Below, in pieces: positions 51,151-63,522 of a DNA stretch of 64,000 nt. Each line of letters opens with the position of its first letter. Position 1 is the stretch's first letter. The position numbers and the translations under genes are program-made. Source of the stretch: Basidiobolus meristosporus CBS 931.73 (lineage: Eukaryota > Fungi > Basidiobolomycota); assembly GCA_002104905.1 (NCBI GenBank), contig MCFE01000158.1, forward strand, positions 1-64,000. Direction: 5' to 3'. The notes beneath the pieces were generated by a model that was not told where the DNA came from, searched no databases, and saw only the letters and a list, made by a program, of their open reading frames with translations.

Positions 51151-52149
51151 GACCTATGCCTATGGCATTAAGAAGCTAAGCAGCCCCAATGCATGGGTAA
51201 TCAGTTATGTAATGAAAAGTGGGGTTGGGTGCAACAAGCAACTAATTTTTATTAGGAAAACCCTGCCAAGGTATGCTGGATTTCTCTTAGTCACAAGCCA
51301 ACTTCTACATTATTCAATACTGAATTCACACAAACAAGAGCCAGAGTGCACCTATTAGGGGGACTAGAATCCAGCAGGGAGAAGGAATATACTGGCTAAA
51401 TACCAAGTAGTTCTTTGCAGATATTCAGGAGGTATTCCTGGCAGAAGTGGCAACAACTAAGCATATGTTTGCAAGATTTATATGTTGCCAGCAGTACAAG
51501 GTATATGGCAACTTTGCAAGTATCACACTAAAAAGCAGTAAAGTTGAGGTGCTAGAAGTATGTAAATTGCAGCAGGTCTGTGCATTTGTAGAGGTTAGTA
51601 AGCTGGAGGCCATAGTTTTTTTTGATTCAAGCTATATGTGGAACACCCAAGGTAGTAGTGGGTAAGCAAATAAAGAGGGGTGATTCTACAGTGGAATATA
51701 TATATTGCACAAGGAGAGGTAGAAAAAGGAAATACCATTTGGTAAATTGGTATGATATCATTATACAGAACCAGTTGTAGGCCACCATACTGCCAATATA
51801 ATGACATCGCAGTCATGCTCAGAGCTTGTTAAAGTATTGTCAAGTTTCTTGCCATAAAAGGCAATTAGATGGTCTGGCTGGTTGGATCCATTTACAATTG
51901 TTGTAGAGCACAACAAGGTCCCAACAATACCAAGCAATTGTTGTCACAGCACCAATTAAACCCTGTCAAGTTTTACCACTTTATTTGGTAGTAAAATTAG
52001 CAAAACTCTGTTGTGATCCTGTCATAATATTGTTAAGAGGGTCACTAATTCCAAGCTGCTGGTATTATGATGGTCTCTCAACAGGATTATGACAGCTGAT
52101 CTGGATTGGATCCACCCACAGGCCCAAGTTATTTTAATAGGGACAAGTC

Positions 52150-53520
52150 CCTATAACCAACACTAACATTAAGCCCAACCCCACACTCAACAAGTAACCC
52201 CATTAAGATCCACCATTCAATAAGTATTTCTGATGTAATGTCTATTTTCCAACACTTTGGTGGAAACCTGTGGCTTTATGCCACTTCTCACTCACTGGTT
52301 CCCATACATCCTGGTCTTCAGCTGTCACTGCAAGGCCTAGTACCTCATCTGCCAGTCTTTGCAATAAATCCTTGCAGTGTTCAGGTGCATTTTATTGAGT
52401 ACTGCTCTTGAAGAAGTGCTGCAGCCTCTTGGTGTGCACATCAGTGTTCCAAAATTCAACTGTAGGCATTGTGTTTGTCTTTTGAGTTCTTGATGTTGTT
52501 GCCTTGTTGGTTGGTGGGATCTTCACTCTCTCTACAATGGAGGACATGGGGGCTGCAGTCAACAGATTACATTTCCTTCCAAACTCCTTGACCTCACTGG
52601 AGTGTAGCTCAACTGGCTGCACTTCCACCTTTGGTGAAAATAGATATTGTCTTCTTGGTAATTCTTCTTGACTATTATGGGATTCAGCCTCTTCTGGGAT
52701 GATGACTTTGGTTGGTGAGAGCTGCAGCTTTTTTCAGATTCTTCCTTGTCTCTGGCTTGGGTAGACCTCAATCCCTTTGCCTTTGTTGCTGCTAAGTCTT
52801 TCACTGCTACTTTGACTCAGTGCTTCTTGTGTTGTATTCTGTTTTCTCCTTAATGAATGCTGCACTGGTGCATCTGTTTTTTCCTGCTTCTCCATTGCCA
52901 GCACTCTCCCCGCAACCTGCCATTTCTTTGCCTCTTGCTTCAAGCTATAGGCTCTGCTTGTGATGGGCTCCTGAGAAATATGCAGGATTTTATCACCATC
53001 AAGTCCTTAACTGCAACTGTGATTAAGTGCCTCTTGTATTGTACTTCATTTCCTCCTTGATGAAAGCTGCACTTGTGCATCCCTTTTGCCTGCTTGTCCC
53101 TTGCTGGCACTCTTATGACAACCTGATGCTTCTGTGCTACTTGTTTGCCACTTCCAGCCCTGCTTGTGATGGGTGCCTGTGAAAGCCACAGGTTTTTATC
53201 ATTATTAAGTCCTCCACTGCTACTGTGACTCAGTGCATCTGGTACTGAACTACATTTTCTCCTTTATAAATGCTGCACTGATGCATCTGCTTTGGCCTGC
53301 TTGTCCCTTGCTGGCACTCTCCTGGCAACTTGAGGTTTCTTTAATGCTTGTTTTGAGCTCTCAGCCATTGCTGTGATGGGCTCCTGAGAAAGCGGCTGGT
53401 ATTCATCACTGCCAGGTCCTTCACCTCTACTTTGACTGAGTGCTTGTTGAGTAGTACTAAACTTTCTCCTTGATAAATGTTGTGCTGGTGCATGTATGTC
53501 TGCCTTCTTGTCCTTAATTG
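52150..53520 (-). pseudogene. Second copy of the 207-bp-repeat ORF family
   Basis: Motif TGCTTGTCCCTTGCTGGCACTCT-like at 52885, 53091, 53298 and ~53505; C-terminus RLQHFFKSS...RLADEVLGLAVTAEDQDVWEPV matches copy 1. Confidence 0.55.
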
Positions 53521-53642
53521 GCATTTTGTGAAATCCGGGGTGCAGATATTTTTCAACAGTCTCTGGACAGTGTCCTGACAAGATCAGTACCTCTTAGTCA
53601 TGGGAAATCAACTTTGTGACAGCCTTTTGACAGGATCATCTC

Positions 53643-54663
53643 AATAATTTTTCATAGGGTAAGGGTATTGGGTAAAAAGTTCTTTTTGGTGTGTAAAGTG
53701 TTAAGATATGCCAGAGCCAGTGTACCATGTCAGATGGTCATGTTTAGTGCAGATCTGAATAGTCTATCTTCAATTGTTGCAGCATTTCCATATTCAGGCT
53801 TCTTTTGCTGATTATCTCTTTTTGGGACACCAGTCTGATGTGTGTCCTTGCCTTTTGCAGTAGTTGCCAAACAGATTGCAATTGCCTTTGTAAGGTCTTG
53901 GGTACCTCCTTGTTGGTTATTGTTGCTTAGTAAAGCATTTGCTTCTTCCTTCTTATTGGTGCTTAATTTTCTTAATTCTTCATCCAGGAGCCTTCCATAT
54001 ACATAATTAAAGGTGAAATCTTCAGTACTAGACTCTAGGGCTAATACAAGGCCCTGAAACTTGTATGTCAGGCTATTCAGGATGGTTACTATCACATCCT
54101 CATCAGTAGTTGGTATGCCTACAGATTCCATTTCATCCACAAGCAGAGTTATTCTGTTAATTAGATTTTTCATTTCTTCTCCTGAAAGCATCTTTGTAGT
54201 AAGGAATTCTTGTCTAAGATACATTTTCTTAGAAGCTACACATTACTGGTAGGTTTCTTCTGATGTCTTCCAGGCATTCTTTGCTGTTTTTGCTCTTGAG
54301 CATTGAATTAGCCATTTTTCTTTAACATTAAGGCAAATGCAGTTAAAGGCACTTTGTTCTTTCTTCTGGTACTTTAAGGCTTCCTCTCCCACATTTTTGG
54401 GAGGGCATTCTTCTCCATTAATAATATCCCAAAGGCCTCTTTTGTATAGCAGCATCTTCATCTTTGCCTTCCACACTTTGTAGTTAGAATCATCCTACTT
54501 TTCAGCAGAGGGAAAAATTCCAGTAATAGCAGTAGTAGACATAGCAGATAGTGACAGCTTGGGGTTCATAGCCTGTTGTAAGAATCTTGGAGATATTGCA
54601 TGTGTTGGGGAGAACAAGTTAATTAAGTGGTTCTCACTTAATGATTTATTGAATGTAAAAGTA
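53643..54663 (-). mobile_element. Truncated Ty1/copia element: LTR fragment (54574-~54663), PBS, gag and start of protease
   Basis: Minus strand ACAACA|GGCTATGAACCCC (copia-type PBS); NYKVWKAKMKMLLYKRGLWDII; YLRQEFLTTKM...TILNSL (UBN2-like gag); TWYTGSGIS*HF protease remnant; no pol. Confidence 0.85.
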
Positions 54664-54800
54664 ATAGACTTGTTCCATTAGATAGTGCCACATAGTGCCA
54701 GCCTGTTTATAGTGCCGGATTGATCTGGCACCCTATGGCACTATCTGGCACTATAATTTCTACCATGATGCCAGTGGTATGATACAGTTACTGGTAATTT
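54664..54800. repeat. Cluster of direct and inverted TAGTGCC/GGCACTA motifs; candidate subterminal repeats of the Harbinger-like element
   Basis: gatagtgcca catagtgcca...tatagtgccg...tggcaccc tatggcacta tctggcacta, starting where copia LTR homology ends. Confidence 0.5.
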
Positions 54801-55010
54801 TACTCTATCTTACTTATGTTGCTCAGAATAGTGCTTTCCTTGCTTTATTTACTCTTCATAATGCTCCAGACACATTTCTCTCAGTGGATGTCTTCTTGTA
54901 TGAGCATACTGTGCATTAATACATATCTTAGCTATTTCACCTATTCTGCTGTTTTCTCCTATATATGACTTTCCTTTGTACTTACCTGCCAATATGCTGA
55001 ATCTCTTCAT

Positions 55011-58000
55011 TTATCCAAATGTGTGCTCTACCCTCACTCTGAAATGATTAAATATCTCATTATAGAGCCTCTGGTTCCTGCTAAGCACACCATTCCTTAG
55101 CTTCCTATAAGCTGTAATACATCCTAATCTGTGACAATCCTCTCCTATATAGGCTAAGTCTGCCATACATTTCTCCCCTCTACTGAATTCAGGAGGATTC
55201 TCTACCCACAGTGCTTTGTCATGCCTACTTACAGCAAATGGCCCACTAAACCAGATGATGTTACCCTGAATGTCAGACAGTACTTGAAACTTCACACAGT
55301 GTGCCTTGTACTTGCCAGAATAAAAGTGCCTCTGCCCTCTAGATGGTCTGTTAATCCTCACTGGGAAGTGTTGTGTTGTACTATGATTAGTTTGGGGCTT
55401 ATTCTACACCATAGAGGTTAATCAACAATATACAACAACTTCCAGTATGCTAACACTGAAATAGTTTATTGGGAGTTTGATATACCAGTAGAAGATATAA
55501 CTCTCACCAATTTCCTCAATCTTAGGCTCAAAATATACTGTGGGCAGTGTTTATCACTTCTACAGCAGTGTTCTGACCTTCTGTTGACTAATGGGCTTAT
55601 TTACTTTTGTAGTAACTTTTCCTTATTTGGAAGTCATTTTCCTTTCTGATAAAATATTTCCTAATATGGAAATTCTGAACTTCCCTTTAAGCTAAAAGGG
55701 TGTGTTGTAGAAGTCTCTAAAGTGGTCTTTAGACCTAAAGGGGTGTCTTTAGAGTAAAGGGGCTTCTTGTAGTGGTCTCTAAAGTGGACTTTACACTAAA
55801 GAGGTGCCTAAAGGGGCTTCTTTGGAGTAAAGGAGTTTCTTAAAGGGGTCTCTAAAGGGGTGTCTTTAGAGTAAAGGGGTTTCTTAGAGGGGACTTTTCC
55901 AACAGAAAAGTGGTAGTTTCTTGTAGAACTTAGATTGGATTCTTGTGAGCTTTGCAGTCTCTTTACTGATGTAGTACCGGTCAAAGTCAGCATACTCAAC
56001 AGTGCAAGTGATGCAGGGGAAGTCTTATAACCTTTAAACTTGTAATTGTAGTGTGGAGATTCTGGAAAGAGAGGCTCTCTCTTTATTTTCAGCAGGGGAA
56101 GTCATATATATGAAAATTCTGAAGGATCAGAGTCTTTAGGCAATTGCGCAGGCAATACATGTGATACAAAGCCAAAACTTTGCAGTGGTGCAGATCGGAC
56201 ATAGGCACAGCACCTGTGAAAATATCACGTGATTTGATTGGCTGGTTCAAAAGTTACACGCAATCAAAGTCACCATACTAATCCTAGCAATAAGGCATAG
56301 TATATATAGTAATTGGACTCTTTTGGTCATAACTCCTTGAGTACTGCTTCAAATGAGCTGTAATTTGAAATATGTGTTGGCTACTATGTGTTCTGTATGA
56401 AATGATATTCTTGGGTGGATTGCTTGTCAGGGTCTGGAGCATTTGTACTTCAAAGTTGGAAATTCTTGATCTTTCACTTGTGTGTTACAATAGCAAAAAG
56501 CAAAATAAAGAAATGAGTGCAATATTGGTTTAGAGATATTGTAGTAGTTGAATACTTTCCATTACCACAAGTCTCCCCTAACTTTGAGAAATAATGCCCT
56601 CATTATTACTTCTGATATGGAACTTCTTCAATCTGTTACCAGGTTGTGTCAGTGCAAGTGGTGTACCGTCAAGTTCTGCTAGTTTGTAAGATCCATTTTT
56701 GTTTGCATGCATGATCTTGTAGGGACCTTGCCATCACATATCCAGCTTGGATGCCTTGTTTCTTTGGCTTTTGGTGTTGTGAAGTAGTATTAACTCACCT
56801 ACTTCTAGCAATGTTTTTCTTAGGCATTTTTGAGTGCCAAAGTACTTCTTGCCAGCCATTCTGGATTTCTTCAGGTTTTCTATGGCATTCTTTTGCAGAG
56901 TGTTTTGTTGTTGAATCTGTTATACTCTTGCTAGCAATAGCTCTGATGTTGTCATGGTTGGTTTCCATGGGAGGGTAAGCCAATTCTCAAACATATGTCT
57001 ATTGGCAAAACAGCTTCATGTCCATATATTAAAAAAAAAAGGTGTATACCCTGTACTTCTTTTAACCGTAACTCTATCAGTCCAAATTGCTGCATGAAAG
57101 TTATTTGCCCACTTGTTGGGTTCTTCATAGCTAAGCTTTGCTAATGTGTTTGCAAAGGCAGAATGTCCACATTCAACTGGTGAATTTGCTTGTGGGTGAT
57201 ATGGCATAGTATGTATAAGCTTGGTTCCATGCTTTGTTGCTAGTGCTTGTATTTCATAAGATCCACATTCTCCATTGTCTGCAATAAGGGTGCCAACTGA
57301 ACCATGTCTGAGATATACATCTTCTTTGAGATATCTTGCTACTGCTTTTGCTTTGGCTTGTTTCAGCATTCTAGCTTCTATCCAACCAGTAAAGTTATCA
57401 CAACTGTCCACCGCATACTTATACCCAGCTGTTGCTCTTGGTAAATATATAATATCTACATGTGCAATTTGCCAAGCATAAGATGTGTATATACTGTGAA
57501 GTGGCTCATGCATCTTTTGGTTGTCTCTTCTTTGAAATGGAATACATGATTTCACATATTCTTTTGTGTTGGTGTACAGCGTTGGCCAAAAATATCATAA
57601 GGAGATTTTTGCATATGTTGATGTAATTCCCATATGACCTCCTGATTCAGATTCATGCAATTCTTGAATGATCTTCTCTTGATCATGCTTGTTATGTATA
57701 TACCGTCAAGGAACTCCATGTTTGCTTTTTCTGAAAAGTGTGCTGTCATGCAGTACAAACTTCAGAGCCTTCTTTTTGAAATTTGTGCGTTGATTGGTGG
57801 GAATATCAGCAGGAACTTTGAGTGATGTAAGAAATTCCTTGATTTGTTGATAATTGTTTTGTATCTTATGTCTGAATGAGAATCCAAGACTAGTGTTTTC
57901 AAAAAACTCATCAATCTCATCATCATCAGTTGAGTACAGTGAATTTGGTTGCTTTCAAGATAAGGCATCAGGTCCTTTGTGATTGGCCCCTGGTATGTGT

Positions 58001-61000
58001 TGCAGCGTAAAGTCAAATATCTGGATGTATGATATCCACTGTGCTAGAATAGGATCAGGCAAAAGCTCCAACTTATTTAACATTCCTAATAGTGGCTTGG
58101 CATCAACCTCCAGTGTGAAGTGTACTCCTAATAAGTATGGCTTTAACTTTTTGAGTACATAGAGTACTCCCATTGCTTCTTTCTTGATAGATGGATAGTT
58201 AAGCTCATCCCCTTGAATAGTCTACTAAGATATTTGCAAGGTTGTCAATGATGATCTTTTGAAACTTGAATCATGATTCCACCAACCCCAATTCCAGAGC
58301 TATCAACTGATATAATGATTGGTTGTGAATCAATAACACTGTAGTCTATAGCTGCTAAGACAGGTGGCTGTAATAATGACTCAAGCAATGTCAACATAGC
58401 ATTTGCCTGTTCTTCAGGCCATTCAAATTTCTGGTCTTTCTTTAATGGCTGAGTCAGTGGCTTAGCAATTTGAGCATAGTTCTTGATCCAGATTCTGAAT
58501 AGACCAGTAAGTCCTAATAAGGTGGCTTCCAATTTAGTGCCAATGAAAGTTTTGCAGGATCAGGCAATCTCCATTATTCAGTAACAAGCTCACCTAGAAT
58601 GATTGCTTTGTTGTAGCCCAACTTGCATTTGGCTCCAGACACAGTCAGACCAGAAGCTTGAAGTTTCTTCATAATCCTTTCAACAGTGCATATGTGATCA
58701 TAAACATATCTTCTTACTTGAGGTAAGACATGCAATGAATCTTTTTCTCTGGACTTATTCCTAACTGCAATGTCATCAAGAAATGGCCGGCATATTTCAG
58801 GGAAACAGTCATCCAAAACTTGAATCATTGCACGTTGATAATTTTGGACAGAATTAGTCCATCCTTGAGGAATCCTTGTCATCCTTATGAGTCCTATTGG
58901 TGTATCCATAATGGTGAAATCTCTTGAGGTAGGATCCAGAAGTATTTGGTCATATCCTGAATAAAGATCCAATGTTGTAATCAGAGGATATCCAGTAAAT
59001 GACTCAATATACTCATGTTGTATGGGTGACTGCATAACATCTTTGATGGTGACCTTATTCAAATGCTGTATGTCTTGAATAAACTGTAGACTTCCATTTT
59101 TCTTCAACGGTGTAAACCAGGTATTACAATAAGGTCCATAGCTATATTAAATGAATCCACTTTGAAATCTTGATTGTAGCATTTCAATTACTTTGTTCAC
59201 TAATCTTGAGGGAATAGGATATGATCTCAGTGCCCATGGTGTATGTTCAACATTATGGATCTTAACCGGTGGAAATAGCTCTGTGGATAAACATCCTCTT
59301 TGTGCATCATTAAGTGCAAAGACATTGTCATAGCACTGTAGCATAGTCAAAAAGAGACTTTTCTTCTCAGTGGAAAGAGTAGTCCCAATAGCCAACTCCT
59401 TGAGCTTCTCTTCTGTGAGTCTGATTTTGTCATATTTGTGCAAAGGCTCCATATGAGGATTGTTGTGGGCAGATGGTGAGATTCCAGTAGATACTGGCTT
59501 TGCTTTCAATGCAACTGGCTTATACTTGGTATTTGTCTTACTTGTTGTCAATGGAAAGAAGTGTTGATCATAAAACAAAATATCCTTATGAACCTGTATG
59601 TTTTGTACTGGTATGGAGTCTGCATTTCTTGGATTATTCTCTTCTGCTGCACAAAAGGTTGCCCTTCTTTTTTGATTGTCAGATGTGATTGTCAGCCATA
59701 AGCTTCCAACAGGTCTATTATTGGCTTGTAGAAGAGATTTTCTCTTATATGGTTGTCCCAACAATACCTCTAAAATGGGTCCATTGGCAACAATGAAAAA
59801 GGGAGAAGTAACCCTGATTCATCCAATTTCAATTGGTACAGAGTGACAAACTCCAAGAATCTTCTCTGTTGCACCTGTAGCAGTTCTCATATTCCAGTCA
59901 ACTTCTGTCCATGGCAATTTGATTTTTTCAAAAGTCATGGCGGTGATAGCATTGATTTCTGATCTAGAATCAAAAACACATTCCACTTCAACATTGTTAT
60001 TTGTAGCAGCATAGCTTCCTGTTTTAATAGAGTAAAAGGCTTTTTCCACTTCAAATTGTAGTTGTTCACTTGATAATGTTGTTGATGACTGTTCTTGATA
60101 ATTCCTCAGGATATCTTTGTTCATAGGCTTAACCATTTCTGGTAGTAGTTGACTGAGGTTGTTGATGACGGTGAACATTTCTTGATTTGTAAGTTGCAGA
60201 AATGGAGATTTCCAGAATTTGTCAATAACTTTCTGTGTAATTGCAGTAGTATCATACTTTTATTGAGATTGCAAGTGTTCTTTTTGGATTTTTGATGTTT
60301 CTGGCTGTACTGGTATTTCAACTATTGGCTGATTTCTATTGTTGGTACACACTTTTTTAGGATTGTTCTCTGTAGAAACATACTTTCTCCTATCAATAAG
60401 GCAATTAAACTCTTCAACTTCCTCTTTTTCCATTAGATATTCTTGGACCTGCCCTGATGGATCTGATATTGTGAGTACATAATGTTCATTGCTTGGAATT
60501 TCTGCAGTCTTTTGGATTTGTATGAAATTTGATGTCTTGGTGCTTTTACTTGATTCTTTTTGAGCAAGTACATAGGACCTCATTCCACCATCACCTCTGT
60601 TGATAAGCAAGGGGTTTCCAGCAATATCACTGATCTTCCCATAATGATCAATCATAACCTTATGACTGTCAATATCAGTATTCAATATTTGACAGCCATA
60701 AGGGCTATGCTCAGCAGATTCACAGTACACACAATATTTGGTTTGCTGTGGATAATTACTGGTTGTTTCGGGATTTTCTGGTCTTGCCTTGTTGATGCTT
60801 GATGATGGTACACTTTGAGAGTCCAACTTAAGCGTCAGATTTCCTAATGCATCAATCAATTCATTAACCTGATCACTTTGTGGGTTATTTGTACAATGAA
60901 GAATTTGTTTAGCTGGAGTGGAAATCTTCATTTGAATATTAATGGAATCCATGACTTGTCTCCCTGATTGGTGGTTGAGCACCATTTGTTTAGCATTGTT

Positions 61001-63170
61001 GTAGGAGCTTGTAGCCTGAACTTGGTGGATAATGGCATTATGTATCTCAGGAGGCATATTCATCAGAAAATAGCTGCTTTGATAAAATCTTGGAATTCCA
61101 ATAGCTACTTCAACATGCCTTGCTTTTGACTCAAACTTTTGAATGTACTTCTGCAAGAGTTGGGTCTTGTTGTAAGGCATTTTTAGCTCATATAGTGTAA
61201 CAAACTGTGCTTCCTTTTAGTACTCAGCTAAAATAGCTTGTTGAGCAGTGTCCCAGTCATAGTTAGCACCAACAGATATCTTAAATGGATCCAAACTTTG
61301 TAAGAATCTTGATACTTCAACTTTGCAGAGAAAGGGAAACAACAGGATTTTCTTCTTGTGTGATAGCCCTAATGCTGCAGCTATATTGTTAAACTGTTCT
61401 AGAAACTCAGTAACATTCTCTCCTGAGAATTTTACTGGTTTGGCACCTTTAGAAGTGGCTATTAACTCTGGGAGTGGTGTATTGGTCATTCTTGTAACAT
61501 TTCTTGATGCTTGTATAGTCAAAGGTTCAAACTACCCAGGTCCTCTGCCAAATTCTTGTTGTGTTGTATTATGATTAGTTTGGGGCTTGTTCTACAATGT
61601 AGAGGCTAATCAACAATATACAACAACTTCCAGTATGCTAACACTGAAATAGTTTATTGGGAGTTTGATATACCAATAGAAGATATAACTCTCACCAATT
61701 TCCTCAATCTTAGGCTCAAAATATACTGTGGGCAGTGTTTATCACTTCAGCAGCAGTGTTCTGACCTTCTGTTGACTAATGGGCTTATTTACTTTTGTAG
61801 TAACTTTTCCTTATTTGGAAGTCATTTTCCTTCCTGAGAAAATATTTCCTAATATGGAAGTTCTGAACTCCCCTTTAACCTAAAAGGGTGTGTTGTAGAA
61901 GTCTCTAAAGTGGTCTTTAGACCTAAAGGGGTGTCTAAAGGGGTGTCTTTAGAGTAAAGGGGCTTCTTGTAGTGGTCTCTAAAGTGGACTTTACACTAAA
62001 GAGGTGCCTAAAGGGGCTTCTTTGGAGTAAAGGAGTTTCTTAAAGGGGTCTCTAAAGGGGTCTTTAGACTAAAGGGGTGTCTAAAGGGGTGTCTTTAGAG
62101 TAAAGGGGTTTCTTAGAGGGGACTTTTCCAACAGAAAAGTGATAGTTTCTTGTAGAACTTAGATTGGATTCTTGTGAGCTTTGCAGTCTCTTTACTGATG
62201 TAGTACCGGTCAAAGTCAGCATACTCAACAGTGCAAGTGATGCAGGGGAAGTCTTATAACCTTTAAACTTGTAATTATAGTGTGGAGATTCTGGAAAGTG
62301 AGGCTCTCTTTATTTTTCAGCTGGGGAAGTCATATATATGAAATTCTGAAGGATCAGAGTTTTTGGGCAATTGCGCAAGCAATACACATGATACAAAGCT
62401 GAAATTTTGCAGTGGTGCAGATTGGACATAGGTGCAGCACCTGTGAGAATTTCACATGATTTGATTGGCTGGTTTGAAGGTACAGGCAATCAAAGTCACC
62501 ATACTAATCCTAGCAATAAGGCATAGTATATATAGTAATTGGACTCTTTTGGTCATAACTCCTTGAGTACTGCTTCAAATGAGCTGTAATTTGAAACATG
62601 TGTTGGCTACTATGTGTTCTGTATGAAATGATATTCTTGGGTGGATTGCTTGTCAGGGTCTGGAGCATTTGTTCTTCAAAGTTGGAAATTCTTGACCTTT
62701 CACTTGTGTGTTACAATAGCAAAAAGCAAAATAAAGAAATGAGTGCAATATTGGTTTAGAGATATTGTAGTAATGGAATACTTTCCATTACCACAGAAGG
62801 TATCCAAAATACCCCTGATATGGAACCTGTTGCTGAACACTTTGGGATATGGAAGTCTATTGGAGCTTCTGAACCTAGTATTCCAAGCTTGCTCTAAGTC
62901 ATTCATACACTCTACAAGGTGGTTCTCCATTGCAGTCAGCAGGAATGAGAGCTTCTAGGACTTTTGTTGCCATGGATGGTGGGATGAAACCTTGTAGGGA
63001 AATAGTTCTTGTAATAGCAGAGAAGCTTAACAAGGGATCTCCTTGAGTAGATTGGGGTAGATGGTTGACAGTCCTTGGAATAGATCTCCTCTAGTGTGTC
63101 AAAAGGAAATCCAGTGGTAGTGATGGGATTGATGAGAAAATACCATTCAGGTGAGTAAGTCATATTAAAA
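55011..63170 (-). mobile_element. PIF/Harbinger-ISL2EU (DDE_Tnp_4) transposase split by a gypsy insertion (parts 62796-63170 and 55011-55368)
   Basis: Rejoined frame RGILDTF|PVRINRPSRGQRHFYSGKYKAHCVKFQV...HDKALW...MADLAYIG...YNEIFNHFRVRVEHTFG. Confidence 0.85.
55369..62795 (-). mobile_element. Full-length degenerate Ty3/gypsy LTR retrotransposon
   Basis: LTRs 55369-56569 and 61557-62795 (TG...CA); 4-bp TSD GAAG; gag with CVYCESAEHSPYGC knuckle, protease VFDSRSEIN, RT (DLYSGYDQI, IPQGWTNS, FLDD), RNase H (SVDSSGIGVGG), integrase (HVDII, IADNGE); many stops. Confidence 0.93.
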
Positions 63171-63522
63171 TTGGTGGATGATTGTATGGAGGTGGTTTGA
63201 ATTGATTTGGCGCAATCTGCGTTATTTATCTGATTTTTAATGCATTATGATTAAATCTCCATCAATTGCCATGTGTCCCATCATTATGTTGCAAAAATCA
63301 TCCGCAAACAACGCCGTGGTACTTTTATTGATGTTATACTCATAGGTCTATAATCAAATAGGAAATCTGCAATTGATATGATCTGATCCATTCCAATGCA
63401 ATCCAAGATGCATCATGCATAATATATGGAAAATTCAACAATCACATTAGTTTTCATATATATTTTATTTAAAACCAGGTTGATGCCAATATACTGCTGT
63501 ATAAGTATCCAAATCTGTTGCT

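Noticed and set aside
61530-61556. Assigning a specific primer tRNA to the gypsy PBS (TGGCAGAGGACCTGGG)
   Set aside because: It starts 6 nt from the LTR and is CpG-eroded; I cannot match it to a tRNA 3' end without the genome's tRNA set.
55715-62120. LTR repeat arrays resembling CRISPR repeats
   Set aside because: Units are degenerate with no unique spacers, lie inside eukaryotic LTRs, and there are no cas genes.
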